Assembly (NCBI GenBank): GCA_963713285.1
Contig: CAVQLA010000009.1
Location: forward strand, 1,652 to 65,651
Source of the DNA: an uncultured Chloroflexia bacterium
GTDB taxonomy: Bacteria > Chloroflexota > Limnocylindria > Limnocylindrales > CSP1-4
Direction of reading: 5' to 3'
DNA length: 64,000 nucleotides
The notes beneath the pieces are model-generated. The model was given only the letters and a program-made list of their open reading frames with translations, was not told the DNA's origin and ran no database searches. Position 1 is the first letter of the stretch, and every line of letters begins with the position of its first letter. Made by a program: the position numbers and the translations under genes. Below are positions 1 through 10,700 of this stretch, one piece after another.

Positions 1-731
1 GTTCGCGGTCCCGGCGTTCCTCTTCGTCCGCGAGCGACCGCGGGTGGCGCCGCCGCTCTCTGGCGGGTGGCGCCGCTGGCGTTCTCGCAGCTGGCGGCGA
101 CGGCCCGGCGGCCGCCGCTACCGGGGGGTGCTCCCCTTCCTGGTCGGGCGGATGTTCTACGCCGACGCCGCCAACACGCTGATCGTCATGGTGGTGCTGT
201 ACGCGACCGACGTCGTTGGCATGACCGACGGCGGACGCCCGCAGGTGGCGATCGTCAGCATCGTGGCCGCGATCCCGGCGGGCATCGCGTGGGGCCGGGT
301 CGTCGATCGGTCGGCCCCAAGCGGACCCTGGACGTCGTCCTGGTGGTCTGGATGGCGATCTTCGCCCTGGTGGCGGCGATCCCCATGCTGAAGCCTGCCG
401 ACCTGGTTGATCTCCCGGCCGGCGCGGCCGTGGGGGTCGCCCTGGCCGGGATCTGGGCATCCGACCGGCCGCTCATGGCGCGTCTGGCCCCGCCGCGCTA
501 CTACGGCCAGTTCTTCGGGCTGTACTCGATGGTCGGACGGTTCGGGGCCATCGTGGGGCCGGCGATGTGGGCACTCATCGTGGCCAGACGCTAGGCTGGG
601 GGCAGCCGGCCGCCGTGATGTTCCTGCTGCTCTGGGTGGTCATCGCGTTCCTGGTCCTGCGGCCGGTCGACGACCGGCCGCGAGCCTGGGGGCCCGAGGA
701 CCTGCCGGGCTATGTCGATCGCGGGGAGTAA
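1..731 (+). CDS. MFS transporter, UMF1/Atg22-like family. 5' end lies outside the window. The reading frame is broken twice (~pos 318 and ~pos 592), each in a G/C homopolymer
   Basis: Three frame segments translate to contiguous MFS C-terminal sequence: ...LPFLVGRMFYADAANTLIVMVVLYATDVVGMTDGG...AIPAGIAWGRVVDR / VGPKRTLDVVLVVWMAIFALVAAIP...PRYYGQFFGLYSMVGRFGAIVGPAMWALIVARR / LGWGQPAAVMFLLLWVVIAFLVLRPVDD...GE*. A single-base indel in a gg/ggg run and in a c/cc run joins them. Confidence 0.5.
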
Positions 732-835
732 CCAGGTTCTAGCTTGCAGCCCCCAGCAGGACCAGAGTTCCCATCGCTAGCGCGGCGACCACGTATGGCG
801 GACGCATAGCGGCACCACGTCGTCTACGACCTCAC

Positions 836-938
836 CGGGCGCTCGGCCGAGCCACTTCCGGCTCCGCTAGGACACCACCGACGGCACGGGCGCTCGGCCG
901 AGCCACTTCCGGCTCCGCTAGGACACCACCGACGGCAC
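836..938. repeat. 51-bp perfect tandem direct repeat, two copies
   Basis: gggcgctcggccgagccacttccggctccgctaggacaccaccgacggcacg occurs twice back to back. Confidence 0.9.
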
Positions 939-952
939 GGGCGCCGGCCGCG

Positions 953-1177
953 ATGAGAGGGTCCCCTGGTACCGTGGCGGCCGGCGCGGTGCTGATCCTC
1001 CCTGCGCTGTCGCTGGCGATCCTCACGCCGTCGCTCGGCACAGTGGTCAACTTCGCCGGGTTGGTGCTCCTAGTCGCGTTCCTGGTTGTTGCCTTCCGCG
1101 GCGCGTGGAACGGGGATGAGAGGCGGGCGGGTCGCACCAATTCACACCGAAACGAGCGGACGGGTAAGCGGAAGTAG
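953..1177 (+). CDS. hypothetical small membrane protein, 74 aa
   Basis: ORF with two hydrophobic helices (AGAVLILPALSLAILTPSL / LVLLVAFLVVAF) and a Lys/Arg C-terminus. This composition is unlike the Arg/Pro/Gly-rich noise ORFs typical of this GC content. No clear RBS. Confidence 0.3.
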   Translation: MRGSPGTVAAGAVLILPALSLAILTPSLGTVVNFAGLVLLVAFLVVAFRGAWNGDERRAGRTNSHRNERTGKRK

Positions 1178-1235
1178 CGGCCAGGCGGGCCGCGTGGAAG
1201 CGGCAGATACGTCGCGGTCCTTAGCCTGCTCTCGT

Positions 1236-1395
1236 GCCGTCCCACCCTTGGGGGTTACGGCGCAACGACGCTCCTGGCGGATTGCAGGCCGATCGCGGAG
1301 CGTCCTCGTTCCGGGTGGCGGCAGCGACACCCGCGCTGCGCGACGCCGGGACGGTCGGCATCGGGACGCTGCCGTTTCCGGGACACCACCCCGTC
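1236..1395. repeat. dispersed repeat, copy 1 (~150 bp)
   Basis: ~80% identical to 2675-2835. Shared core: acgacgctcc.ggcggatt.caggccgatcgcggagcgtcctcgttccggg.ggcggc.gcgacac...ggacggcatcgggacgc.gcc. Confidence 0.8.
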
Positions 1396-1464
1396 AGCGC
1401 GCGCGGCGAGATCGTGAAGCCCGGTAGGTGGCAGGGCGGGCAACCCAGGATGGGTCGGCATCAC

Positions 1465-1629
1465 GGCGCGTCGATCAGGCAGGTCGGACGACTGGTGGCC
1501 TGCCCGGACGATCCAGAGGATCGCATCGACGATCTGGCGTCGGGAGATCGTACCCTTGACGCCGCGATGGACCGACGGATCGAACAGGTCCTTGACCAGG
1601 TCCCACTCGTCGTTCGTCAGCTCGATCAC
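1465..1629 (-). pseudogene. IS5/IS1182-family transposase N-terminal fragment (DUF4096-like helix-turn-helix region); remnant of an insertion sequence
   Basis: MIELTNDEWDLVKDLFDPSVHRGVKGTISRRQIVDAILWIVRAGHQSSDLPDR matches the conserved N-terminus of IS5-group transposases (LTDEEWALIEPLLP...GRPR..RR.VLNAILYVLRTGCQWR.LP). The match is lost after ~55 aa, where the ORF runs into the dispersed repeat. Confidence 0.5.
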
Positions 1630-2061
1630 CGCGCCCGTGCCGCCGGGGCGCCGGACGGTTGCGTCAGGTTGTGTGGCACGAACGGGGAGATACGCGCGTG
1701 GCCAATCGGCTTCAGGCCCTCAGAGCTTTCGCTTCGTCGCCCACGGCCAGCGTCGTAGGACGACGCCATTGATGACCAGGAACGCTGCCGCTGCGGCTGC
1801 CCACATGTTGCGACGAGGGCGTTGCCCCCCTCGATCGTCAACAACGCTCTTCGCGCCGACTCCAGGCGCGGGCGTCGAGGGCGGCGAACCGTCCGTCGGC
1901 GAGACGTCGACGATCCCCGGGCATCCGGCCAGCCCTCCCGTGATCCATCGGCCAAGACGTCTTGCGCGCATCGCGAACCACCTCCCGGGGCGCATCTCGA
2001 CGGTCCGCATCGCCGGTTGCGCACTGCTCGACCAGCCGCCGGTCTCCATCTCGGAAGTCAC

Positions 2062-2460
2062 TTACTCCTGAACACCTCGTTGCCGCTGCGGCCATCGGCG
2101 GAGAAGGAGCCAGAGGACCAGCACCGAGTAGCCGACGCTGACGGCGAAGAACCCGACGACTTCCAGCGGGCTGCTCGACCGCGGTACCTGGTCCACGAGT
2201 CGGAAGACCTCAAGCGCCAAGCCGAGGGTTGTGAGGCCCACGGCAAGCACCCTGCCCCAGGCCTGCACACGGAAGACGCCAGCCGCAGCGGCCAGCGTCG
2301 CGATGCCCAACACCTGAGCGACGAGCGGGACTGGGACGGCGCTGAAGGGCGGGAGGGACACGATCCCCGCGTACAGGATCGCCCCAAGGCCATTCCAGAC
2401 GAGGAGGGCTGCAGCAAGGGTCTGCGGCCACTTTCGACCTGTCGATCCCATCTTCGCCAT
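2062..2460 (-). CDS. hypothetical integral membrane protein, 132 aa, ~4 TM
   Basis: ATG preceded by ggag. Strongly hydrophobic helices (LAAALLVWNGLGAILYAGIVSL, LVAQVLGIATLAAAAGVF, VLAVGLTTLGLALEVF, VVGFFAVSVGYSVLVLWLLL). No family recognised. Confidence 0.4.
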   Translation of the reverse strand: MAKMGSTGRKWPQTLAAALLVWNGLGAILYAGIVSLPPFSAVPVPLVAQVLGIATLAAAAGVFRVQAWGRVLAVGLTTLGLALEVFRLVDQVPRSSSPLEVVGFFAVSVGYSVLVLWLLLRRWPQRQRGVQE

Positions 2461-2674
2461 CTCCGGTGCGTCAACGCCTGTCCTTATGACGCGGGGCCGC
2501 CCGGCCTGTTGCGGACTTGGTGCCTACGCGGCATCTGTCGCGTTCGTGACGGACCACTCGCCAGCCTCCGAAGCTGCCGGCGTCCGCGAGGCCGGACGGC
2601 CCCCGAACGGGTGATGCCCCAGGGCCACCGGGGGATAAGCCGCATGTAGTGGTGGTCGCTACCCTGCTGGCGTG

Positions 2675-2835
2675 CCGTGGCTCCCAAGGGGGGAAGCGCG
2701 CCGCGACGCTCCCGGCGGATTACAGGCCGATCGCGGAGCGTCCTCGTTCCGGGAGGCGGCGGCGACACGCGTGCTGCATGACGTGGGCCGATCGGCCGGG
2801 CCGGACGGCATCGGGACGCCGCCCCCGAGGTTCAC
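2675..2835. repeat. dispersed repeat, copy 2 (~150 bp)
   Basis: See copy 1. Same orientation, 1.4 kb apart. Confidence 0.8.
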
Positions 2836-3214
2836 CGTGGGTGGAGACGCCCCCGGTCGCGCGCTGGCCCTGCCGATCGGTCACGCACGATGCGTTACCG
2901 GGGGATGCAGCCGGCGCCATCTCGCAACGGGGTTAGACGCCGCGGGTTGGTCGTCCTTCGCGTGACCGACCCCGGCGGCGCTTCCCGACGCTTGGGCTGG
3001 GCGCGGCAGGCGGGGCCGGAGCATCGGGCCAGTCCGGATACCCCGGCGTGCCTTGACCCGGGACTCTCATCACCTGGTCTGCGCTTCGCTTGTATGCCGC
3101 CATCAGCCCTGCTACGAGGCGGATGGGAAGAGCCTGTCTCCTGTCGCCTGTCATCTCGACCTTCCAGGGATTGCGCCTGTCAGCACGGGTTGGACGCAAT
3201 GGCGATCGCCGTTG

Positions 3215-3775
3215 TTACCGTGCAGGGCGGTCATCGGGTACCGCGCATGGACCTCTCGGCTCGGTGCGCAACCGGGCGGGGGAACGCATTGCCGGTCGCC
3301 CGTTGTTCGTGCGCGCCTGAGGCCTCCGGGCGACACCTGCGGACGCGCCAGCGTCCCGACATGAGACGGCCCTCAGGCCGACGTTCCGGGCTTCACCCTC
3401 CCTCTTTGCCCAGCGGACGATCCCGAACCCCAGTGCAACCGCGACGAGGTCGTAGACGATGAGACCGAGGACGAGCGGCCAGTACATTGCCAGCTCGGAG
3501 AGTTGTCCGCCCATGTTGAGGTGGGTCTGGACGCCGCCCAGCTCCAGCGGCACCTCGAGTGCCCAGCCCGATGCCGTGCCAACGAGAAGGCCCGCAAGGC
3601 TGGCAGGCCCCTCCGAGACGAGGCTGGTAACCGCACCGATCGCCAGCGGCAGAACCCAATACGGCCACAGCACCGGCTCCAAAGCCATCCACGGCATTGC
3701 CAGACCCGACAGGGCGACGCCCGCGACGCCGACCAGGAACGCTGTGATCGCGATGAGGAGCTGACGGCCCGACAT
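3215..3775 (-). CDS. hypothetical membrane protein; the hydrophobic core is ~130 aa and the 3' extent is uncertain
   Basis: MSGRQLLIAITAFLVGVAGVALSGLAMPWMALEPVLWPYWVLPLAIGAVTSLV...LVLGLIVYDLVAVALGFGIVRWAKRE. The start is an internal Met of the 287-aa ORF; upstream residues are Arg-rich noise. Confidence 0.35.
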   Translation of the reverse strand: MSGRQLLIAITAFLVGVAGVALSGLAMPWMALEPVLWPYWVLPLAIGAVTSLVSEGPASLAGLLVGTASGWALEVPLELGGVQTHLNMGGQLSELAMYWPLVLGLIVYDLVAVALGFGIVRWAKREGEARNVGLRAVSCRDAGASAGVARRPQARTNNGRPAMRSPARLRTEPRGPCAVPDDRPAR

Positions 3776-4164
3776 CACCTGGATCTCCGGAGCTGACTCG
3801 GCGCGGCCCACGGCCCCTGCTCGGATGATGAGTGTGCGTGTTCCCAGTGTGCGCGATCTGCTCTCCAAGCCGCGGGGAGGAACGCACGCAACGACCCTCA
3901 CTGGCGCCTCATGCCGCGCGGAACGCTTCGACCAACGCCTCCACGCCCTCGATGACGAAGGTTGGTGGCGTGCGTTCGGACCCCTCCGGGCGCGCCAGTC
4001 TGCTCGCTCAGGTGTCAATGGCCGCCGTCTGAAAGTCCCCACCTGTGGCCATGAGACCCGAGCGACGACCCGCTCCACTCGTCACGACTGTGAGCGACGC
4101 CGCAGACCACGCGGCCCCGTCGAAGAACGGGTCGTCGCTCTCGATGCTCTGGACGATGAAGCTG

Positions 4165-7100
4165 TCAGAACCGCCAAGTGATCGGTGCTCGAGGGTCGGG
4201 CGTGTAGGAGCAATAGGTTCCCGTGCGGATGGTGACGTCCAGGTGAGCGCTCAGCGCCGCGCTCTGGTCGCCGATCCGCGCCAGCGCTGCTCGGATCGTC
4301 CGCGTGACGCTGACCCGGGCCCGCTCGGCCGCGGAGGCGGCCAAGCGGTCACGACCGCCGAGTCCGAAAGCGGCCGTCAGCTCGCTGACCACCGCCTCGG
4401 ACTCGGCCCGCAGGCGCGCGGCGCGCTCGGGGTCGTTCCAGGCCTCCGCTCCGACAAGCTCCTCCTGAAGCTCATCGAGCCTCTTCCGGTAGGCGGCCTT
4501 CGCTTCCGAGTCGAGCACCGGCCCGGCGTCGCCGAGTCCGTCGGCCGAGAAGCCCGGGCCACCGACCGGACTCACATCGAGCCTCAACGCCTCGAGGCGT
4601 GCCAGCTCGAGAGCGTGCAGTTCCCGACCCGGCGCCCCCAGAAGGCGCGCCAGGTGACGCATGCCCTTCGCGTCCCGGATCCGGAATGCCTCCTGCCCGA
4701 ACTCGATCGTCCAGTAGTCGCCCTCGCGGCGAAACGTACCGGAGCTGAAGGGGGATCCGGGTGCCGCCGCCGACATCGGCTCCTTGGGCCCAGGGCGGAT
4801 CTGCCGCGCCAGCACCATGCCGAGCTCCTCCGCGGTGGCGAGCGCCGCACGGTCGAGCTGCTGGGCCCGTTCTCGATCGCCGGCGAGATTGCGACGCACC
4901 AGGACCTGGGCGAGATCGTGCTGGCTGTGGGCGGTCCACGGCCGAGCGCCCATGCGCTCGTTGCCAGCGATCGCCTCCGTCAGATGACGTTCCGCGTCGT
5001 CGAGCCGGCCGAGCGTGGCCGCGAGGAGGCCCAGGTAGCGATCGACTGCTCCGATACTTCCCTCGGCATGCCCGACCGCATGTCTCCCGGCGAAGGGGGC
5101 GAGCTGCTCATAGAGCGTGTCTGCCGCCGACGCATCGCCCAGCAGGGCGCACGCCTCGCTTGCCAGGCTCGTCCCGAACAGCCATTCGTTGTCCCTGTAG
5201 AGGGCCCGGAATTCATCCCCGGCCAGGTCCTCGAAGACGGCGCGGGCCTCCGCGATTCGATCCAGGTCGAACAGGAGGCACGCGAGCGCGGCCCGGTGCA
5301 ACGGGTACCACGGCAGCTCGTCGATGGAGGCTCGCACGGTGGACTCTTCCTCGGCGATCCGGCCCTGCTCACGACGGACCAGAAACCGTTGCATCCGAGC
5401 AGATGAGACGTCGTCGTTGGCAAACGTGACTCGATGGCGGGAGGACATCTCCCAGGCGATGAGCTCCTCCGCCAGGTCGAAGTCGCCTGCGAGCAGGGCG
5501 AGCTCGGCACGAGTCACCTGCTCCAGCCAGATCTCCGCCGGCTGACGCGGCTCCTCGGCGACTCGGCCGAGGGTCGTTGCCTCGGTTCGGGCCTCCGCGA
5601 TCCTGCCCTGTTCGCACAGGCTTCGGAACCGCACGAAGTGAGCGTCGGCGATTCGCTCGCCCTCCCCGAGCGCCTCGGCGATCTCCACCATCTCCCGCGC
5701 GATCGATTGACGCTCGTCGGGGTTCTCCGGCCACCAGGTTGCCCAGAAGCGGCAGCCGAGCGTGTAGCTGAGGCTCGCCGGGTCGTCCAGGCGCCGGGCG
5801 ATCTCGATCGCTTGCTGGCTCAGTGCCGCGCTGTCGTTCTTCCGCTCTGGCGAGCTGCGCCAGGCACACGCGAGCCGACCCAGGAGACGCGCGCGGAGAC
5901 GGTCATCGCTGCCGCCGAGCATGACCAACGCGTCCTGCAGGAGCGGGATCAAGCGCGTCTCCTTGCCCGGGCGCGCCCATGGGTGGCTACCACCGAACCC
6001 GAGCGCGGCTCGAGCCAGCTGCTGCCCGGTGCCGGTTCGCTTGGCGATCTTCGCGGCCTCGAGGAATGCCGTTCGCGCGTCGTCGATCTCGCCCGCTCGA
6101 GTCTGGGCGTCGCCAAGCGCGAGAAGAACCTCGGTCCGGGTGTGGTCATCCGGGACCTGACCGAGGTCGAGCACGGCCAGCGCCATCGAGTACAGCCGCG
6201 CCGACTCCTCGTACGCCAATGACCACGCCGCATCATCCCCGGCCCGCCTCGCATATTCGACGGCCTTGGACCCGATGCTCTCGACGTCGCTCAGCGCCAG
6301 GGTCTCGTCGCCTCCCTGTGCGGCTTCGACGTAGTGGAAGGCGAGCTCGGCCAGATGCGCATCGATCGTCGCTGCGTGAAACTCCTCGAGGACATGAGCG
6401 GCCCGGCGGTGGAGACGCACGCGCCGACCCGGCGACAGCTCGGCGTCCAGGGTCTCGCGCACGAGGTCGTGAGAGAAGCGGTACCGACCGAGCACACCGG
6501 AAACCGGCTGCAGCAGTCCGGCCTGCACCGCCTCATCGACGAGATCAAGCGCCTGGTCCGCTCCGTAGTCGCCGATCCGACGCAGGACCTCGAGGCTGAA
6601 TTCGGGGCCCAGCACGGCGCCCAGTCCGAGGGCCTGAACCGTTGCTTCGCTGAGGTGCCCGATCCGTCGGGCGATCACCGCCCGGACGCCCGCGGGAACG
6701 GCGACTCTCAGTGACAACGGGTCTGCGACCTCGCCGAGGCGACCCTCCGCCGACAGGAGGCGGACGGCTTCCCCGACGAACAGCGGATTGCCGCTCGTCT
6801 CGCGCCACACGGCCGCGACGAGGCGGCCGTGCGGGGTCACGTTCGCTGCCAGCTCGATGAACTGGCCGACCGCATCCGCTTCGAGCCCCGCGAGCATGAG
6901 CATCCGCGTGGACGGCTCGCGAGCGACCTCCGCGATCGCCAAGGCCAGCGGGTGCTCGGGCGTCAGCTCGACGTCGCGGTAGGTCCCCACCAGGAGCAGG
7001 GGCATGTCGCCAAGCTGGCTTGCCAGGAAGCGGAGGAAGAGGATGGACGGCGCGTCGGCTGCCTGCAGGTCGTCGAGGACCACGAGCAGGGGCTGGGCGC

Positions 7101-7545
7101 GTGCGGCGTTGCGCAGGAGCGTCGCGGTCGAGTCAAACAGCTGGAAGCGGGCGGACTCCGATCCGGTGTCGGCTGGCGGCGGGAGATCCGGGAACAGGTC
7201 ACGCAGCTCGGGCAGCATCTGGGCGATGTCGCCGGCTCCAGATCCCATGTGACGCCGGACAGCCTCCGTCTCGGTTGCCCGGAGGTATGCGCGCAGGGCC
7301 TGGACCCACGGCCAGTAGGGCGGCGCTCCGGCGTCCTCCCAGCCGCGGCCCCACAGGGCCAGGTGGCCTCGCTCTCGGGCTCGTGTCGCAAGCTTGTCTG
7401 CGAGGCGACTCTTGCCGATGCCCGGCTGGCCCCCGACCAGGACGAGGCGACCGCGGCCGGATGCCGCCTCAGCGAGCGCCTCCAGCAGCTCGCGAAGCTC
7501 ACGGTCGCGACCGACGAAGAATGAGCCTGACTGCAGCTGAACCAA
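4165..7545 (-). CDS. large P-loop NTPase (AAA_16/STAND-like N-terminal ATPase) with a TPR-like helical-repeat middle region and a distinctive C-terminal domain; tandem paralog A, 1126 aa
   Basis: N-terminus FVGRDRELRELLEALAEAASGRGRLVLVGGQPGIGKSRLAD...VVLDDLQ has Walker A and Walker B as in AAA_16 regulator/STAND NTPases. The long Ala/Leu/Arg-rich helical-repeat region fits TPR/SARP-like arrays. C-terminal ~200 aa (FRREGDYWTIEFGQEAFRIRDAKGMRHLARLLGAPGRELHALELA...) shows no recognisable HTH. It ends ...ALARIGDQSAALSAHLDVTIRTGTYCSYTPDPRAPITWRF. Confidence 0.75.
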   Translation of the reverse strand: MVQLQSGSFFVGRDRELRELLEALAEAASGRGRLVLVGGQPGIGKSRLADKLATRARERGHLALWGRGWEDAGAPPYWPWVQALRAYLRATETEAVRRHMGSGAGDIAQMLPELRDLFPDLPPPADTGSESARFQLFDSTATLLRNAARAQPLLVVLDDLQAADAPSILFLRFLASQLGDMPLLLVGTYRDVELTPEHPLALAIAEVAREPSTRMLMLAGLEADAVGQFIELAANVTPHGRLVAAVWRETSGNPLFVGEAVRLLSAEGRLGEVADPLSLRVAVPAGVRAVIARRIGHLSEATVQALGLGAVLGPEFSLEVLRRIGDYGADQALDLVDEAVQAGLLQPVSGVLGRYRFSHDLVRETLDAELSPGRRVRLHRRAAHVLEEFHAATIDAHLAELAFHYVEAAQGGDETLALSDVESIGSKAVEYARRAGDDAAWSLAYEESARLYSMALAVLDLGQVPDDHTRTEVLLALGDAQTRAGEIDDARTAFLEAAKIAKRTGTGQQLARAALGFGGSHPWARPGKETRLIPLLQDALVMLGGSDDRLRARLLGRLACAWRSSPERKNDSAALSQQAIEIARRLDDPASLSYTLGCRFWATWWPENPDERQSIAREMVEIAEALGEGERIADAHFVRFRSLCEQGRIAEARTEATTLGRVAEEPRQPAEIWLEQVTRAELALLAGDFDLAEELIAWEMSSRHRVTFANDDVSSARMQRFLVRREQGRIAEEESTVRASIDELPWYPLHRAALACLLFDLDRIAEARAVFEDLAGDEFRALYRDNEWLFGTSLASEACALLGDASAADTLYEQLAPFAGRHAVGHAEGSIGAVDRYLGLLAATLGRLDDAERHLTEAIAGNERMGARPWTAHSQHDLAQVLVRRNLAGDRERAQQLDRAALATAEELGMVLARQIRPGPKEPMSAAAPGSPFSSGTFRREGDYWTIEFGQEAFRIRDAKGMRHLARLLGAPGRELHALELARLEALRLDVSPVGGPGFSADGLGDAGPVLDSEAKAAYRKRLDELQEELVGAEAWNDPERAARLRAESEAVVSELTAAFGLGGRDRLAASAAERARVSVTRTIRAALARIGDQSAALSAHLDVTIRTGTYCSYTPDPRAPITWRF

Positions 7546-7796
7546 GATCTGGCCGCCCCGCTGCTCCCCGGGCGACCAAGGTCACCGACCCCCGTCGCCT
7601 GCGACATCGGATACCGCTCGGCACCACAGTACATACGTTCCCCGGGATGCGCGACGATTTTGGGATTTGTGTCGTGCGGTCGAACGCTCGTGCCGTCGAA
7701 TATCACGCCCCACTGGTAGAAGCGCCAACGGGCAAGCCCTTCTCTCGGGCGAGATCGTGGCGACAGTCGGTGCCAGGCAGGAGGCAAGACGATGAA

Positions 7797-10700
7797 TTAG
7801 GTCGGGCAGAGCTCGCGGACATTGCATGCGCACGGACGAGCCGACGTCTTCGGCCGGGCGCTCCTCATCGCGGTGGTCATCGTGGCCATCGCTTCTGCAG
7901 CGATCCTCGCGACCTCCTGGATCGCGGGATCAGCTTCCCGGAGCAGCGCCGGCTCGCAGGTCGATCCGCTCCGCCTGCCGGAGCTCATCGAGTTCCGTGC
8001 CGGCGAGCGCGTCATGGGCGCGACGCAGGTCGATCCGCTCCGCCTGCCGGAGCTCATCGAGTTCCGTGCCGGCGAGCGCGTCACGCCGATCCGCGCCAGC
8101 GCTGCTCGGATCGTCCGCGTGACGCTGACCCGCGCCCGCTCGGCCGCGGAGACGGCCAAGCGGTCACGACCGCCGAGTCCGAAAGCGGCCGTCAGCTCGC
8201 TGACCACCGCCTCGGACTCGGCCCGCAGGCGCGCGGCGCGCTCGGGGTCGTTCCAGGCCTCCGCTCCGACAAGCTCCTCCTGAAGCTCATCGAGCCTCTT
8301 CCGGTAGGCGGCCTTCGCTTCCGAGTCGAGCACCGGCCCGGCGTCGCCCAGTCCGTCGGCCGAGAAGCCCGGGCCACCGACCGGACTCACATCGAGCCTC
8401 AACGCCTCGAGGCGTGCCAGCTCGAGAGCGTGCAGTTCCCGACCCGGCGCCCCCAGAAGGCGCGCCAGGTGACGCATGCCCTTCGCGTCCCGGATCCGGA
8501 ATGCCTCCTGCCCGAACTCGATCGTCCAGTAGTCGCCCTCGCGGCGAAACGTACCGGAGCTGAAGGGGGATCCGGGTGCCGCCGCCGACATCGGCTCCTT
8601 GGGCCCAGGGCGGATCTGCCGCGCCAGCACCATGCCGAGCTCCTCCGCGGTGGCGAGCGCCGCACGGTCGAGCTGCTGGGCCCGTTCTCGATCGCCGGCG
8701 AGATTGCGACGCACCAGGACCTGGGCGAGATCGTGCTGGCTGTGGGCGGTCCACGGCCGAGCGCCCATGCGCTCGTTGCCAGCGATCGCCTCCGTCAGAT
8801 GACGTTCCGCGTCGTCGAGCCGGCCGAGCGTGGCCGCGAGGAGGCCCAGGTAGCGATCGACTGCTCCGATACTTCCCTCGGCATGCCCGACCGCATGTCT
8901 CCCGGCGAAGGGGGCGAGCTGCTCATAGAGCGTGTCTGCCGCCGACGCATCGCCCAGCAGGGCGCACGCCTCGCTTGCCAGGCTCGTCCCGAACAGCCAT
9001 TCGTTGTCCCTGTAGAGGGCCCGGAATTCATCCCCGGCCAGGTCCTCGAAGACGGCGCGGGCCTCCGCGATTCGATCCAGGTCGAACAGGAGGCACGCGA
9101 GCGCGGCCCGGTGCAACGGGTACCACGGCAGCTCGTCGATGGAGGCTCGCACGGTGGACTCTTCCTCGGCGATCCGGCCCTGCTCACGACGGACCAGAAA
9201 CCGTTGCATCCGAGCAGATGAGACGTCGTCGTTGGCAAACGTGACTCGATGGCGGGAGGACATCTCCCAGGCGATGAGCTCCTCCGCCAGGTCGAAGTCG
9301 CCTGCGAGCAGGGCGAGCTCGGCACGAGTCACCTGCTCCAGCCAGATCTCCGCCGGCTGACGCGGCTCCTCGGCGACTCGGCCGAGGGTCGTTGCCTCGG
9401 TTCGGGCCTCCGCGATCCTGCCCTGTTCGCACAGGCTTCGGAACCGCACGAAGTGAGCGTCGGCGATTCGCTCGCCCTCCCCGAGCGCCTCGGCGATCTC
9501 CACCATCTCCCGCGCGATCGATTGACGCTCGTCGGGGTTCTCCGGCCACCAGGTTGCCCAGAAGCGGCAGCCGAGCGTGTAGCTGAGGCTCGCCGGGTCG
9601 TCCAGGCGCCGGGCGATCTCGATCGCTTGCTGGCTCAGTGCCGCGCTGTCGTTCTTCCGCTCTGGCGAGCTGCGCCAGGCACACGCGAGCCGACCCAGGA
9701 GACGCGCGCGGAGACGGTCATCGCTGCCGCCGAGCATGACCAACGCGTCCTGCAGGAGCGGGATCAAGCGCGTCTCCTTGCCCGGGCGCGCCCATGGGTG
9801 GCTACCACCGAACCCGAGCGCGGCTCGAGCCAGCTGCTGCCCGGTGCCGGTTCGCTTGGCGATCTTCGCGGCCTCGAGGAATGCCGTTCGCGCGTCGTCG
9901 ATCTCGCCCGCTCGAGTCTGGGCGTCGCCAAGCGCGAGAAGAACCTCGGTCCGGGTGTGGTCATCCGGGACCTGACCGAGGTCGAGCACGGCCAGCGCCA
10001 TCGAGTACAGCCGCGCCGACTCCTCGTACGCCAATGACCACGCCGCATCATCCCCGGCCCGCCTCGCATATTCGACGGCCTTGGACCCGATGCTCTCGAC
10101 GTCGCTCAGCGCCAGGGTCTCGTCGCCTCCCTGTGCGGCTTCGACGTAGTGGAAGGCGAGCTCGGCCAGATGCGCATCGATCGTCGCTGCGTGAAACTCC
10201 TCGAGGACATGAGCGGCCCGGCGGTGGAGACGCACGCGCCGACCCGGCGACAGCTCGGCGTCCAGGGTCTCGCGCACGAGGTCGTGAGAGAAGCGGTACC
10301 GACCGAGCACACCGGAAACCGGCTGCAGCAGTCCGGCCTGCACCGCCTCATCGACGAGATCAAGCGCCTGGTCCGCTCCGTAGTCGCCGATCCGACGCAG
10401 GACCTCGAGGCTGAATTCGGGGCCCAGCACGGCGCCCAGTCCGAGGGCCTGAACCGTTGCTTCGCTGAGGTGCCCGATCCGTCGGGCGATCACCGCCCGG
10501 ACGCCCGCGGGAACGGCGACTCTCAGTGACAACGGGTCTGCGACCTCGCCGAGGCGACCCTCCGCCGACAGGAGGCGGACGGCTTCCCCGACGAACAGCG
10601 GATTGCCGCTCGTCTCGCGCCACACGGCCGCGACGAGGCGGCCGTGCGGGGTCACGTTCGCTGCCAGCTCGATGAACTGGCCGACCGCATCCGCTTCGAG

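Noticed and set aside
1142-2965. Paired small ORFs sharing N-termini (1142-1330(-) / 2484-2768(-) MS.PPPGTRTLRDRP..., and 1234-1758(+) / 2672-2965(+) ...RRDAPGGLQADRGASSFR...)
   Set aside because: The shared peptides are simply translations of the dispersed ~150-bp repeat in two different frames. No start/RBS support and noise-like composition. Treated as a DNA repeat, not as genes.
4045-5406. Long plus-strand ORFs (4045-5406, 5434-6222, 7020-9221, 9249-10037 etc.) overlapping the big NTPase genes
   Set aside because: Antisense or off-frame ORFs of the minus-strand genes. Arg/Pro/Gly-rich, no motifs, typical open-frame artefacts at ~70% GC. The minus-strand proteins have clear Walker motifs.
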